32,000 nucleotides of DNA from Nitrososphaera viennensis EN76 (GCF_000698785.1 NZ_CP007536.1:2100001-2132000), one strand, 5' to 3'. Shown: positions 7,225 through 16,795, numbered from the stretch's first letter. Program-made: numbers and translations. Notes: generated by a model from the sequence alone, not told the origin.

Positions 7225-7802
7225 CTTGCCTCAGCAGCCGCCTCCGCAAGCCATACCTTCACTATTGCGTACGCCTTCTCCTTCAGCTGGTTGATTGTTA
7301 TCTCGTTGTTTGACAGAGTCTCGTCGGCAAGCGCGATCGCCTCGCTTATCCCCACCGACAGCTCGCGCTTATCCCTGCCTGCAAACTCGTCCGGGTTTGT
7401 GGGCGCGTCCGACCTGCCCCTCTCTGTCAGGTGCTTAAAGCGCGTGTCCTGCGACGCGTGTATTGCAAGCAGCCTGACCTCGCCTATTGTCTTCAATACT
7501 TCGACTTCGGGGATGCTCCTTATGCCGTCTATCACCAGGTTGTTCTCATCACCGTCCCTTTCCAGCTTTTTCAGTATCAGGTGCGCGACCGCGCCCTGGC
7601 CGAGGTCCTGCCTTAGCTTCAGCATCATGCTCCCGAGGTTTGCGTCCGTGGGCTCTAGCCTCTGCCTCCTGGCCTCCTCCCGCACCACGTCGCCCATGGT
7701 TATTACGGAGAACCCTTTTTCCTTCAGGTACGACGCCACGGTAGACTTGCCGGCGCCCGGCATCCCCGTGAGGCAGACTATTAATCTTCTCTTGTTTGGC
7801 AA
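7221..7802 (-). CDS. P-loop nucleotide kinase-like protein (archaeal UPF0200 / dephospho-CoA-kinase-like)
   Basis: Walker A GMPGAGKST near the N-terminus. 193 aa, with NMP-kinase-like length and layout. Confidence 0.8.
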   Translation of the reverse strand: MPNKRRLIVCLTGMPGAGKSTVASYLKEKGFSVITMGDVVREEARRQRLEPTDANLGSMMLKLRQDLGQGAVAHLILKKLERDGDENNLVIDGIRSIPEVEVLKTIGEVRLLAIHASQDTRFKHLTERGRSDAPTNPDEFAGRDKRELSVGISEAIALADETLSNNEITINQLKEKAYAIVKVWLAEAAAEAR

Positions 7803-7860
7803 TTGTATTAAACGATATATGTGTGCCTGCCAGCTGGTTTATCTGTCTTTGTCATTATTG

Positions 7861-8781
7861 CTATTCTGCTGAAAGGTCCCAGTAGTTGGCTTCCTTGAAC
7901 TCGTCCTTGGGCTTGCCAAGCGACTTCCACTCCTTGAACGACTTTGGATACAGCTTGACGTTGTTGTAGCCGGCAAGCTTTAGCGCATAGTATGCAAGGC
8001 CAGACAGCGTTCCGACGCTTCCGCAATAGGTGATTATCTCGGAATCTGGCGCGATGCCGCGGTTCTCTATCATGCGCTTCAGCTCGTCTGCCTTTCTCAG
8101 GATGCTGCCGTTTGCGCCAAGCATCGTGTAGGGGATGTTCCTTGCGGTGGGGATGTGCTCTGTCAGAAAGTTGAGCCGCTCTCGCGAATCGACGAGCAGC
8201 TTGCCCTGCTGCGACTGCGCGGCCTCGACGTACTGCGCGTCCGCGTAAATGTCCTTGTTTATGGCAAGCGGGTGCTCTGAGCGAGGATAGTTATTGGCCT
8301 TTGTTTCAGTTTCAAGGCCAAGCTCCTTCCACTGCTTGAAAGTCATTTCCAAAAGCGCCGTGTTTGTATGGCCGACATACTGGAACGTCCATGCTACCCT
8401 GGCGGCAAGCGCGCCAAACGTGTCGTCGTAAATCACCACGGGCATCTTTTCTGTGATGCCAAACTCTTCCAGCAGCTGGATCACGCGCTCTGGCTTGTCG
8501 TCCTCAAGAAGGCGCGCAAGCGGGAGCGACACTGCGGTGGGAATGTGGCCGGCGTCATAGTCGTCTGCCTTGCGGACGTCGACTACTCGCACCGCCTTTT
8601 TGCGTACAAGGGTGCGCAGCGTGTCAGCGTCGCACACTATGGGCAGCTGCACAAACTCCTGCTTTTTTGTTGCTGTTGTTGTTGCAGCAGGCTTGGCCTT
8701 TTTGACGGCCTTGGGCTTTTGCTTTGCCTTGACTTTTGCCTTTGATGCTGCCTGCGCTGTTTTTTTTCTCAAGCCGCGCAT
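7861..8781 (-). CDS. tandem-rhodanese sulfurtransferase (thiosulfate/3-mercaptopyruvate type) with a Lys/Ala-rich N-terminal tail
   Basis: Two rhodanese-like halves, with the active-site loop YCGSVGTLSG in the C-terminal half. Start moved to the ATG at 8781 (MRGLRKK...), because the longer track ORF runs inside the reductase gene. This start overlaps the reductase stop by 13 nt. Confidence 0.85.
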   Translation of the reverse strand: MRGLRKKTAQAASKAKVKAKQKPKAVKKAKPAATTTATKKQEFVQLPIVCDADTLRTLVRKKAVRVVDVRKADDYDAGHIPTAVSLPLARLLEDDKPERVIQLLEEFGITEKMPVVIYDDTFGALAARVAWTFQYVGHTNTALLEMTFKQWKELGLETETKANNYPRSEHPLAINKDIYADAQYVEAAQSQQGKLLVDSRERLNFLTEHIPTARNIPYTMLGANGSILRKADELKRMIENRGIAPDSEIITYCGSVGTLSGLAYYALKLAGYNNVKLYPKSFKEWKSLGKPKDEFKEANYWDLSAE

Positions 8782-10637
8782 TCTCCCCTTGCGGTCTTGG
8801 CAGTGAACTTGGAGTCGCTGCCATAGTCGCGGTAGGCATCCGGGTCCTGCTCGACTGCAGGGAGCTGGATGACAGGCACGAGCGCGTTCTTGATGTCCTC
8901 GAGGCTCTTTACGGCGCCTGTTCCCTGGCCCCTTACTATCTTGACGACCCACTGGTGGAACGTCTCGCCCTGTACGCGCTCTGCCCTGTACATCTCTATT
9001 ATCTTTAGTAGCGCGTCAATGACGCGCTTTGCCGGCACGCGCATCACCGACCTTCCAAGCTCGCCCTGCTCGCCTGCGCTCCCTCCAAACAGCATCGTGT
9101 AGGTGGGAGACATGGCGTTTCCAATTCTTGAGGCGCCGCCGAAAAAGCCGACGGTGGCTATCTCGTGCTGGCCGCACGAGTTGGGGCATCCGCTTATCTT
9201 TATCGTGGCGTCGCGCAGGTCGTCGTCGGTGTCAAGCCCGAGCTCCAGGAACTTGCGCTGGACCTCCTTTGCCAGCCTGTGCGAGTTGGTGATTGCAAGG
9301 TTGCACGACGTCGTGCCGGAGCAGCCGACGGAGGACGCGATGGTGAGTGCGCCCGGGTTTGCAAGGCCGGCAGTGGCAAGCCTGTCGTAAAAGTCGCGCA
9401 GGTCCGTCCCGCGCACGTAGCGTATCGCAAAGTTCTGCTGGGGCGTGTTTCTTGCCGCGCCCTCGGCGGAAAAGTCGCGTATCGCAGACGCAAGGACGCG
9501 CAGCTGGCTTGCGGTGATGTCGCCTGCTCCCAGCGTCACAAACACGGTAAAGTAGCCTTCCTGCTTTTGCGGCACGGTGTTGGAGTGCAGCCAGCGCTCA
9601 AACGCCGGGCTGTCCTTTGTCACCTTGTCAAACATCGGCAGTTTTGTCATGCGGGAAGAAGGCGCCTTTGGAAGCTGGCGCTTGTCCTCCTGCGACTTGA
9701 CGTCGTACATGGAAGCAGTGGCAAGCGAGGTCGTCATCTCGACTGCCGTGCGCTCCTTTAACACCATCTTCTGGAACTTTTCCCAGCCCATCTCGTGCAC
9801 CAGGTAGCGCATCCTGTTCCTGGCCATGTTCTCGCGGTTTCCGTGCCTGTCAAACAGCCTGACGGTCGCCATGCACGTTGAAAGGACGCGGTCCTCCGGG
9901 GTGAAATCTTCAAGCGGGTGGCCGATGAACGACGCGGCGCCAAGGCCTCCTCCAAGGTATATCCTGAATCCCCTGGCCTTTGCGCCGTTTTCTCCCTCCT
10001 TTACGGTGGGCACGAGGCCAATGTCTGCAACTTTTACCAGGCCGTGCTTTTCGCAGCAGCCAAAGTTGATCTTGAACTTGCGCGGAAGGTTCTGGCACAT
10101 CGGGTTTCTCAAAAAGAACCTTGCAATCGCCATCGAGTACGGGGTGGCGTCAAACGCCTCGTCAGGGCAGACTCCTGCGAAGTGGCTGCACATGACGTTT
10201 CTGACGGTGTTGCCGCACGCCTCCCTCGTGGTCAGCCCTGATTCGACCAGCCCGCGCATCACCTCGCTCACGTCTTCCAGCTGCACCCAGTGCAGCTGGA
10301 TGTTCTGGCGGGTCGAGACGTGCGCCGAGCCTATCGAGAACGCCTCGGACAAGCTTGCTATCTTTTCAATCTGGTCCGCAGTTATCTCGCCTGACGGCAC
10401 CTTGATCCTTACCATGCTGTAATCGGCGTGCAGGCGCGATCCGTAGGCGCCGTGCTGCAGCCTGAAGCGGCGGAAATCGTCTTCACTAATCTTGCCCTGT
10501 CTGAAAAGCTTGACTTTTTTTGCGAAAAACTCTGTCTCTTCCTCCCTCCCCCACCTGGGGTTGGGCTTTGGGGTCGAGACGCCCTTTTGCTTGGAGTTGG
10601 CGGCGGTAGCAGTAGTAGCCACTCTGGACCTGCTCAT
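8769..10637 (-). CDS. sir: ferredoxin-type sulfite/nitrite reductase (siroheme, 4Fe-4S)
   Basis: 622 aa with duplicated NiR/SiR halves. Cysteine cluster motifs are SSVGCSGTTSCNLA and CPNSCGQHEIATVGFFG. Confidence 0.9.
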   Translation of the reverse strand: MSRSRVATTATAANSKQKGVSTPKPNPRWGREEETEFFAKKVKLFRQGKISEDDFRRFRLQHGAYGSRLHADYSMVRIKVPSGEITADQIEKIASLSEAFSIGSAHVSTRQNIQLHWVQLEDVSEVMRGLVESGLTTREACGNTVRNVMCSHFAGVCPDEAFDATPYSMAIARFFLRNPMCQNLPRKFKINFGCCEKHGLVKVADIGLVPTVKEGENGAKARGFRIYLGGGLGAASFIGHPLEDFTPEDRVLSTCMATVRLFDRHGNRENMARNRMRYLVHEMGWEKFQKMVLKERTAVEMTTSLATASMYDVKSQEDKRQLPKAPSSRMTKLPMFDKVTKDSPAFERWLHSNTVPQKQEGYFTVFVTLGAGDITASQLRVLASAIRDFSAEGAARNTPQQNFAIRYVRGTDLRDFYDRLATAGLANPGALTIASSVGCSGTTSCNLAITNSHRLAKEVQRKFLELGLDTDDDLRDATIKISGCPNSCGQHEIATVGFFGGASRIGNAMSPTYTMLFGGSAGEQGELGRSVMRVPAKRVIDALLKIIEMYRAERVQGETFHQWVVKIVRGQGTGAVKSLEDIKNALVPVIQLPAVEQDPDAYRDYGSDSKFTAKTARGECAA

Positions 10638-10786
10638 TATCTACAAGAAATGGTCGTTTTAAATCATATATTTTTTGTGGATAAGGGAATAACTGGCAGC
10701 CGCACTTGAGAATGGCGGCAATAACGCGTCATCTGTGTGTGTGCGCGCACACAAGCCTTAATACCGCCCGGCGGCAAGTGTGGAAT

Positions 10787-11269
10787 ATGACAAAGGTCAG
10801 CCCGATTCCAAAGGGATACCACACGATAACGCCCAATATAGTCGTCAAGAACGGAGAGCAGGCAATCGAGTTTTACAAAAAGGCGTTTGGCGCCAAGGAA
10901 GGCGGCCGCTTCTATATGCCGGACGGCAAGGCCATCGCGCACGCGGAACTAAAGATAGGCAACTCTCGTTTTACGCTGGCTGACGAGATGCCCGAGATGA
11001 AGGTCTTCTCGCCGCAGTCTGTGGGCGGGCCGAGCAGCAGCCTCTGGCTGTACGTAAAGAACGCGGACAAGTTTTACGATCAGGCGGTAAAGGCGGGCGC
11101 AACCGCTACCATGCCTGTCATGGACGCCTTCTGGGGCGACCGCATGGGCCAGCTTGTCGACCCGTTCGGGCACGTCTGGTCGGTTGCCACGCGCAAGAAG
11201 AACCTCACAAAGAAGCAGATGGAGAAGGCCGGCGCAGAGTTCTTCGCCTCCCAGCAGCAGAAGCAATGA
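10787..11269 (+). CDS. VOC family protein (PhnB/glyoxalase-like)
   Basis: From the internal ATG: MTKVSPIPKGYHTITPNIVVKNGEQAIEFYKKAFGAKE...AHAELKIGNSRFTLADE...FWGDRMGQLVDPFGHVWSV, classic PhnB-like motifs. Confidence 0.85.
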   Translation: MTKVSPIPKGYHTITPNIVVKNGEQAIEFYKKAFGAKEGGRFYMPDGKAIAHAELKIGNSRFTLADEMPEMKVFSPQSVGGPSSSLWLYVKNADKFYDQAVKAGATATMPVMDAFWGDRMGQLVDPFGHVWSVATRKKNLTKKQMEKAGAEFFASQQQKQ

Positions 11270-11321
11270 TGATAGCACAAGCTTAAAATCACCTATCGGC
11301 AGGCTTGACTGTGGATAATAA

Positions 11322-12062
11322 ATGGGCAAGCGAACACTAGTGCGCCGCCGAGGCCGCGGAGGCAAGCAGTTCCGCGCGATCATAGTCGGCAAAATCGCAC
11401 CGGCAAAGTATCCCAATTTCAAGCTAGAAGAGAATCACAAGGGCACCGTAGTTGACATTGTCCACGAGAGAGGGCGCGACGCGCCGCTGGCAAAGGTGTT
11501 CTTTGACGACGGCCGCTACTCGTACGTCCCGGCGCCAGAAGGCACCATCGTCGGAAGCACCATCCAGGTCGGTCAGGGCTCGCCGGCAAGCAAGGGCAAC
11601 ATCCTTGCCCTCGAGTCAGTCCCGGACGGCACGCTCGTGTGCAACATTGAAAAGAACGTAGGCGACGGCGGCAAGCTGATAAAGGCCGCCGGCTCGGGCG
11701 CCATCGTCTTTGCGCACGGCGCGGAGGGAGTCACGATCAAGTTCCCGTCAGGCAAGTTCCTGACGCTAAACGCCAAATGCAGGGCGATGGTCGGAACCAT
11801 CGCAGGGGCAGGCAGGAAGGAAAAGCCGTTCCTGAAGGCAGGAAACAGGGCAAAGTACATGCAGGCCCGCGGCAAGCTGTACCCGACCGTCAGGGGCATT
11901 GCGCAGGCAGCCGTCTACCACCCGCACGGTGGTGGAAGGCACCAGCACATCGGCCGCCAGTCGTCGGTGTCGAGGAACACGCCGCCAGGACGCAAGGTCG
12001 GCAACATCGCGCCGAGAAAGACCGGCCGTGGCAGGGTAAAGGAAGTCCCGCAAAAGGCGTAA
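11322..12062 (+). CDS. rpl2: 50S ribosomal protein L2 (uL2)
   Basis: 246 aa, with the YHPHGGGRHQHIG motif and a basic C-terminus. Confidence 0.97.
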   Translation: MGKRTLVRRRGRGGKQFRAIIVGKIAPAKYPNFKLEENHKGTVVDIVHERGRDAPLAKVFFDDGRYSYVPAPEGTIVGSTIQVGQGSPASKGNILALESVPDGTLVCNIEKNVGDGGKLIKAAGSGAIVFAHGAEGVTIKFPSGKFLTLNAKCRAMVGTIAGAGRKEKPFLKAGNRAKYMQARGKLYPTVRGIAQAAVYHPHGGGRHQHIGRQSSVSRNTPPGRKVGNIAPRKTGRGRVKEVPQKA

Positions 12063-12066
12063 CGAC

Positions 12067-12095
12067 TTTCCTTTTTTCCTCTCTTTTCCCCTTTT
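12067..12095 (+). terminator. oligo-T tract downstream of rpl2
   Basis: The sequence TTTCCTTTTTTCCTCTCTTTTCCCCTTTT starts 5 nt after the stop. Archaeal termination typically uses T-runs. Confidence 0.4.
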
Positions 12096-12144
12096 ACTTC
12101 AAAAAGCCTAATATTCCGTCCCCAGTTTTAAAGAGTGTAAAAAT

Positions 12145-12669
12145 ATGAGAGCCGAGCAGTTTTCCAAGAACGTCCTTGCACTGAACCCCAGGATCCGCTT
12201 TGCCGGAGTGGTGGAGAAGTCGGGTCACCTCTACGCCAGCGCCAGGAGGGAGGATGCCCCGGCCCGCCTTTCGGACAGGAGCAGCGAGATAAGCCTGTCG
12301 CAGTCGGCCTACATCATCGACCTGCGCAAGATATTCTCCAAGGAGCTTGGCACCCTGCGCTCCGTCGTCTACAACTACGACACCGTGAGGCTCGTCAGCA
12401 TACCCGTCAAGGACCACATACTTGTGTTCTCGACAGAGGCCGACGTCAACCTTGACGAGCTGACGCCAAAGGTGCAGGAATACGTCAAGTCAGTCGAGGG
12501 CGACCTGTCGCTCTACCCTCCTGCAAACATCGTCAACGCGGAAAAGAAAGAGGCGCTGCGCAACCTGCTTGAATCCGGCATATCGGAGGACCTCGTGGCC
12601 GAGCAGCTGGACCTTGACGTCAACACCGTAAAGGCGCTTGCGCAGGAAATGAAGATCGTCAGCCTATAG
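12145..12669 (+). CDS. conserved hypothetical protein (IRFAG-motif family) with a C-terminal extension
   Basis: 174 aa. The N-terminal 110 aa are paralogous to 2738..3107. The C-terminal part is acidic and helical. Confidence 0.8.
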   Translation: MRAEQFSKNVLALNPRIRFAGVVEKSGHLYASARREDAPARLSDRSSEISLSQSAYIIDLRKIFSKELGTLRSVVYNYDTVRLVSIPVKDHILVFSTEADVNLDELTPKVQEYVKSVEGDLSLYPPANIVNAEKKEALRNLLESGISEDLVAEQLDLDVNTVKALAQEMKIVSL

Positions 12670-13282
12670 TCCTGAATTTTTCGAGCGACTTCCACATGTA
12701 CCATGTGGCGACGCTCCTGTAGGGCCGCCACGGCCTGGCAATCTTTTCCATCCTTTCCGGCGTCGGCGGCTTGTGCAGGCAGTACGCCTTTTGAATCGCC
12801 CTCTGCAGGCCAAGGTCGCCCACCGGGAGCACGTCGGGCCTGCCAAGACAAAAGATCAAAAACATCTCTGCCGTCCACCTGCCTATCCCCCTGACCGTGG
12901 TCAGCTGCTCGATCACCTGCTCGTCTTCCATCGTGGCAAGCGACGCAAGGTCCAGCCTGCCGCCTGCCACGCCTGCCGCAAGCCCCTTCACGTACTCCAC
13001 CTTCCTGCCGGAAAGTCCGACCGCACGCAGCTGCGCGTCAGGGGTGGCGGCAAGCCTTGCCGGAGAGGGGAACCTTCCGCTATACAGTTTCAAGAACCGC
13101 GCGTGGATGGCGTCTGCCGCGCTGCCTGCAAGCTGCTGGTACATTATAGAGCGCACGAGCGACTGGAACGGGTCGCCGCCGGTCACGATTGTGTAGCTTC
13201 CTACTGCCGTGATTATGCTGCCAAGGCGTTCGTCAACGCCTGACAGGTGCAAAATTGCGTCCATGCCGGTTATCATCATCAT
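12659..13282 (-). CDS. alkA: DNA-3-methyladenine glycosylase II (HhH-GPD family)
   Basis: HhH motif VRGIGRWTAEMFLIF, followed by the catalytic-Asp region VLPVGDLGLQRA. Confidence 0.85.
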   Translation of the reverse strand: MMMITGMDAILHLSGVDERLGSIITAVGSYTIVTGGDPFQSLVRSIMYQQLAGSAADAIHARFLKLYSGRFPSPARLAATPDAQLRAVGLSGRKVEYVKGLAAGVAGGRLDLASLATMEDEQVIEQLTTVRGIGRWTAEMFLIFCLGRPDVLPVGDLGLQRAIQKAYCLHKPPTPERMEKIARPWRPYRSVATWYMWKSLEKFRTIG

Positions 13283-13285
13283 ATA

Positions 13286-14113
13286 TCAGCCGTAGAACGG
13301 TTCCTTTGGAAGTGCGGCCTGCTGCTCGCTGCGTATCCTTTTCAGTGTCTTTTCCATGACCTCTGCCTCCTTTAGCAACGCCGGCACGTCGCACGAGGCA
13401 CCCGGCGCAAGCTTGGCAAGAGCCTCTGCAACGGCAGCTCCGGCCCTAAAGTCAGGCATGTCGCGCACCACCTTTACCAGGAGCACGACTACGTCATAGT
13501 TGCGCCACGCGCCCTCGTTGAGCAATATGGCAGGTATGCCAGAAACAGAGCCGTTCAGGACAGGCGGGATGCCTGCCTCTGCCGCCCTTTTGAGGGCGGA
13601 CGGAGTGCTCCCCACCGCAAACACCGGCGGGCTTTCCTTTGCGTCCTCGCCTTCCTCGTACGGGATTCCGGCAGCGCTGATGAGGAGATCGCAATTGCTG
13701 TCAAGGGCCCAGTCGATCATCATGTTGGCGACGGGCCGGAACATCACAGGGTCAAGGTTCAGCTCCGACACGAACATTGCCAGCTTTAACTCTTCGCTTG
13801 CGTATACCCGCGCCGGAAAGTTGGGCATGGCGTTTTTGATTATCGAAAGGGGCGGAAAAGCCGACGAGTCAATGACTGCCACGAATTCTGTCTTTAACGA
13901 ATGTATCAGGCACTCTGACGCAATGGCGTTTGCAAGGCCGACGCTTGGAAAGCCGTCCACCACGATCCCGCCCTTCAGGTTCACGTTTTTCAGCTTGCGT
14001 ATGTCGATTGCAGGCTCTGCCAACGGCGCAACTACGCAGCCTGAGTTAAAAAATATAGCTTGCTTGCAGTCAGGCAACAACAACAAGCGCCAGGATTGCG
14101 TCAAGATTTTCAC
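13286..14113 (-). CDS. PAC2-family proteasome assembly chaperone-like protein
   Basis: GGIVVDGFPSVGLANAIASECLI is the typical PAC2 N-terminal motif. The true start may be the TTG at 14023, about 28 nt downstream of an internal TATATTTTTTAA box (leaderless). Confidence 0.75.
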   Translation of the reverse strand: MKILTQSWRLLLLPDCKQAIFFNSGCVVAPLAEPAIDIRKLKNVNLKGGIVVDGFPSVGLANAIASECLIHSLKTEFVAVIDSSAFPPLSIIKNAMPNFPARVYASEELKLAMFVSELNLDPVMFRPVANMMIDWALDSNCDLLISAAGIPYEEGEDAKESPPVFAVGSTPSALKRAAEAGIPPVLNGSVSGIPAILLNEGAWRNYDVVVLLVKVVRDMPDFRAGAAVAEALAKLAPGASCDVPALLKEAEVMEKTLKRIRSEQQAALPKEPFYG

Positions 14114-14846
14114 GCGTCTGGTCGCGCTTGTATTTCTTTAGCGCGCCTATTGCGGCCTCTTTTTCGACCTGCAGGACTCTGGCAAGGGCGCTTGCGACTG
14201 CGCCGGACACAAGGAGCGACTGGCCGGCGGCAGAGACGTTTGACGCCTTGCGCTCCGTGCTTGCGCTTTCAAAGTCGATGATGGTGGTAGCGGCTTGTAC
14301 GCCACTGACTATGATGTGCCTGTCGACGTGGGAGAGCTCGCCGTGGTCAAGCCCTGCCCTGTCAAGCGCATAGCACTGCTCGAGGGCAGACCTTGTGACC
14401 GCAGACGCCTGCTTGCCGTCGATTTCGCCCTGCGCCCATTCTGCAATGGTCGCGCCTTCTGCAAACTCCATCAGCATGAAATTGTCCGAATAGCCGACAA
14501 GCCTTGGGCCCACGCCTGCGCCGTTTGCTATCTTGTGGTATCTCACCTCGTCGTGCATGGTCGGCCTGTTGGCGTCCATTCTCCTTATCTTGAGCGCGCA
14601 CATTTTTCCATGCGCCTTCGCTCTTACAACGAGCCCAACGCAGCCCTTGCCGGCGATGCTCGTGCCTCCTATCACCGTCCTGCCTCCTGCAAAGACCGCA
14701 GTCACGCCGAGGCCCTTTAGCTCTGCAAGGCGCGCCGCGTACTCTTTGTCGCTTCCGCGGGGATATGTCAGTATCTTGGCAAGCTCGGGCGAGCCAAGAA
14801 CAAGCTCACCTGAAAATGAGGCTCTCTGTTGAGACAAGTTCGTCAA
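14070..14846 (-). CDS. atypical Ser/Thr protein kinase (RIO-like / COG2112-type)
   Basis: Glycine loop and catalytic lysine region GKGCVGLVVRAKAHGKMCALKIRR. Catalytic region DHGELS..HIIV and IIDFESA. Confidence 0.7.
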   Translation of the reverse strand: MTNLSQQRASFSGELVLGSPELAKILTYPRGSDKEYAARLAELKGLGVTAVFAGGRTVIGGTSIAGKGCVGLVVRAKAHGKMCALKIRRMDANRPTMHDEVRYHKIANGAGVGPRLVGYSDNFMLMEFAEGATIAEWAQGEIDGKQASAVTRSALEQCYALDRAGLDHGELSHVDRHIIVSGVQAATTIIDFESASTERKASNVSAAGQSLLVSGAVASALARVLQVEKEAAIGALKKYKRDQTRENLDAILALVVVA

Positions 14847-16155
14847 CGGCCTCCTTCGCCATACCTGAAAGCCTCCTTCGCCCGCTTCCGCTATAAATCT
14901 TGACCCTGCCTGTTATCATGTCCCTTGCAATCCCGTTTGCCTCCGGCCTGCCAAGCAGCGTCTTGACCAGCTGCCTTGCGTCAACGGCCTTTCTCTCGAC
15001 TATTGTTGATACCCTCATCTCCCTGTCGGCCCACATTGCAAGCGGCCTTGCGGCCTTGACAAAGCTCTCTGTGTCCTTTGCCCTTGCGATCTCGGGGCCC
15101 CTGCGCATCATGTACTCTGGCAGGACAAGCGATTCAAGCAGGAACGCAAACGCGCCGCTCTTTTTCTCGTCGGTGTTGCACGTCGTCCTGAAAACTGTAA
15201 AGCCTGCAAGCTCTAGCTGCTTGGCAAGCGAGTTGGCGCTGCGCTTTAGCTGACCCCATATCGTGTCCGGGCTGCGCTCCCTGTGCGAAAACTCTACCAC
15301 CAGCACGTTTCTGTACAGCCTTTTGTTGATGTCTGGCTTTTGCCTTGCAAAGAATCTTGCAGAGGGGTTGCGCAAAAACGCCCTTGCGGCAAGCGCAAGC
15401 CTGCCGGCGCTCTCGGGCGATATCGCAGTCCCGAGGTTGCGCCTTGGGTCGACGGGGTCGATTATCACAAGCGGGCTTGAAAACCCCTTTGCAACGTCAG
15501 AGTCATAGTCGCCTACTGAAACGACCTGACCCTGCTTGAATTCCGCGGCTGCGGCAAGCGCGCCTTCAAGCGAGCCGTATTTTGCTATCAGCACCTCAGA
15601 GACATAGCCGGAAAAGCCTCCGGTAGATATCTCGGCGCCGTAGATGCCGGTTGATTTCAGGAACTTTTTCAAGAGCCTGACCTGCTCTTTTCCGGCTGCA
15701 TCAAGCGTCTCCGTGATGTACTGCGTGTGGAAGGGCGACCTGTCGGCCGCGCTCTTCCACTGGCCCTTTTGCACGTCGTAGCACGGGACGATGTTTATCC
15801 TAGTGCCTCTGACTGTCGCCTCGACGTACGGGTGGTCAGAATAGCGCAGCCTAGGCCTGTATTTCTTTAAGGCTGTTTTGCCGATCTCGATTCCCAGCTT
15901 TTCAAACTTGTCCTCGCTGGCGGAAGGATCGATCTTTACAAAAATGTCAATGTCGGCGTCGCCACGGAGCCACGTGCCCTTGGCAAACGAGCCGCCAAAT
16001 ATGACGCCTCTCACTTCCGGCGTCGTCCTGCTCTGCTGCTCCACGAGCTTTTTTGCCTCCTCTGCAACAGCGGTTATCTTTTTTTCCTCCGCGGCTGTCG
16101 GGTTGCACAGCACAAGTGCCTTTGCAAGGACGTCCTGGATGATGTTATCGGTCAA
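14806..16155 (-). CDS. cca: CCA-adding tRNA nucleotidyltransferase (archaeal class I)
   Basis: 449 aa. Nucleotidyltransferase motif GGSFAKGTWLRGDADIDIFV, with the characteristic archaeal Cca length and layout. Confidence 0.92.
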   Translation of the reverse strand: MTDNIIQDVLAKALVLCNPTAAEEKKITAVAEEAKKLVEQQSRTTPEVRGVIFGGSFAKGTWLRGDADIDIFVKIDPSASEDKFEKLGIEIGKTALKKYRPRLRYSDHPYVEATVRGTRINIVPCYDVQKGQWKSAADRSPFHTQYITETLDAAGKEQVRLLKKFLKSTGIYGAEISTGGFSGYVSEVLIAKYGSLEGALAAAAEFKQGQVVSVGDYDSDVAKGFSSPLVIIDPVDPRRNLGTAISPESAGRLALAARAFLRNPSARFFARQKPDINKRLYRNVLVVEFSHRERSPDTIWGQLKRSANSLAKQLELAGFTVFRTTCNTDEKKSGAFAFLLESLVLPEYMMRRGPEIARAKDTESFVKAARPLAMWADREMRVSTIVERKAVDARQLVKTLLGRPEANGIARDMITGRVKIYSGSGRRRLSGMAKEAVDELVSTESLIFR

Positions 16156-16709
16156 GCTCCCTTTTCCTTTGCGGCGCTGACGGTATAAATGTTCGAGTAC
16201 GTCGGCCCGGAAGGGGCAAGGTCGCTTTTCTTCAGGTGCACCCTGTCGACGACGCTTGTGCCAAAGGTCCTGCCCGCGTATCTTGCCACGTCGACTGCAA
16301 CGTGCCTGTTCTTGGCCCGGAAGATGGTGAGGTGCGGCGAAAACGGCTTGTCCTGCACAAAGCCTGCTTCGGCCATCCTTGCGACCACCTGACCTGCAAG
16401 CGCCTCAAGCCTGGCCGCCCCCTCTCGGTCAAGGCCTACCCAGACTACTCTTGCGTTTGACGCCTTGGGAAATGCCCCGACGCCCGTGTACGTGATGGGA
16501 AACGGCTCGAACTTTATCCCGGCAAGCCTTTCCCTGACCTTTTCTGCCTGCTGGCCTGTTATCTCGCCAAGGAATATCAGCGTGAAATGAAAGTTATTCG
16601 GCTCCACGGGCTTGACCTCCCTTGGGCTCCACCCCGACGACGATGTCATTTCCTGCTGGAGTCCTGCTATCTCGCTCCCGGGAGCGTCGACTGCGACAAA
16701 AGCCCGCAC
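16152..16709 (-). CDS. thpR: RNA 2',3'-cyclic phosphodiesterase (2H family, LigT/ThpR)
   Basis: Two HxTx motifs (HFTLIFLG and HLTIFR). 4-nt overlap with the cca start. Confidence 0.9.
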   Translation of the reverse strand: MRAFVAVDAPGSEIAGLQQEMTSSSGWSPREVKPVEPNNFHFTLIFLGEITGQQAEKVRERLAGIKFEPFPITYTGVGAFPKASNARVVWVGLDREGAARLEALAGQVVARMAEAGFVQDKPFSPHLTIFRAKNRHVAVDVARYAGRTFGTSVVDRVHLKKSDLAPSGPTYSNIYTVSAAKEKGA

Positions 16710-16795
16710 AGTATTCCTGTCCGGCGGGTTTGTTTATAATATTTTTTGCCGCCTGCCTGCGATCGATTAAATAATTGCGAATGCGATGTTGACGC

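Noticed and set aside
6610-7872. 420-aa + strand ORF, one of the longest in the track
   Set aside because: It lies antisense to three well-supported minus-strand genes (zinc ribbon, UPF0201-type, P-loop kinase). The protein is low-complexity (A/L/S/R/G-rich) with no motif. This is a typical shadow ORF in GC-rich DNA.
8782-8952. N-terminal 57 codons of the 363-aa rhodanese track ORF
   Set aside because: This stretch lies inside the reductase coding region in another frame and is R/P/G/C-rich. The ATG at 8781 gives a normal operon-style overlap instead.
11263-11325. C/D-box sRNA between the VOC gene and rpl2 (AATGATGA at the VOC stop codon)
   Set aside because: No CTGA D box or internal C'/D' pair lies at the expected spacing. 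The ATGATGA is just the tandem stop region.
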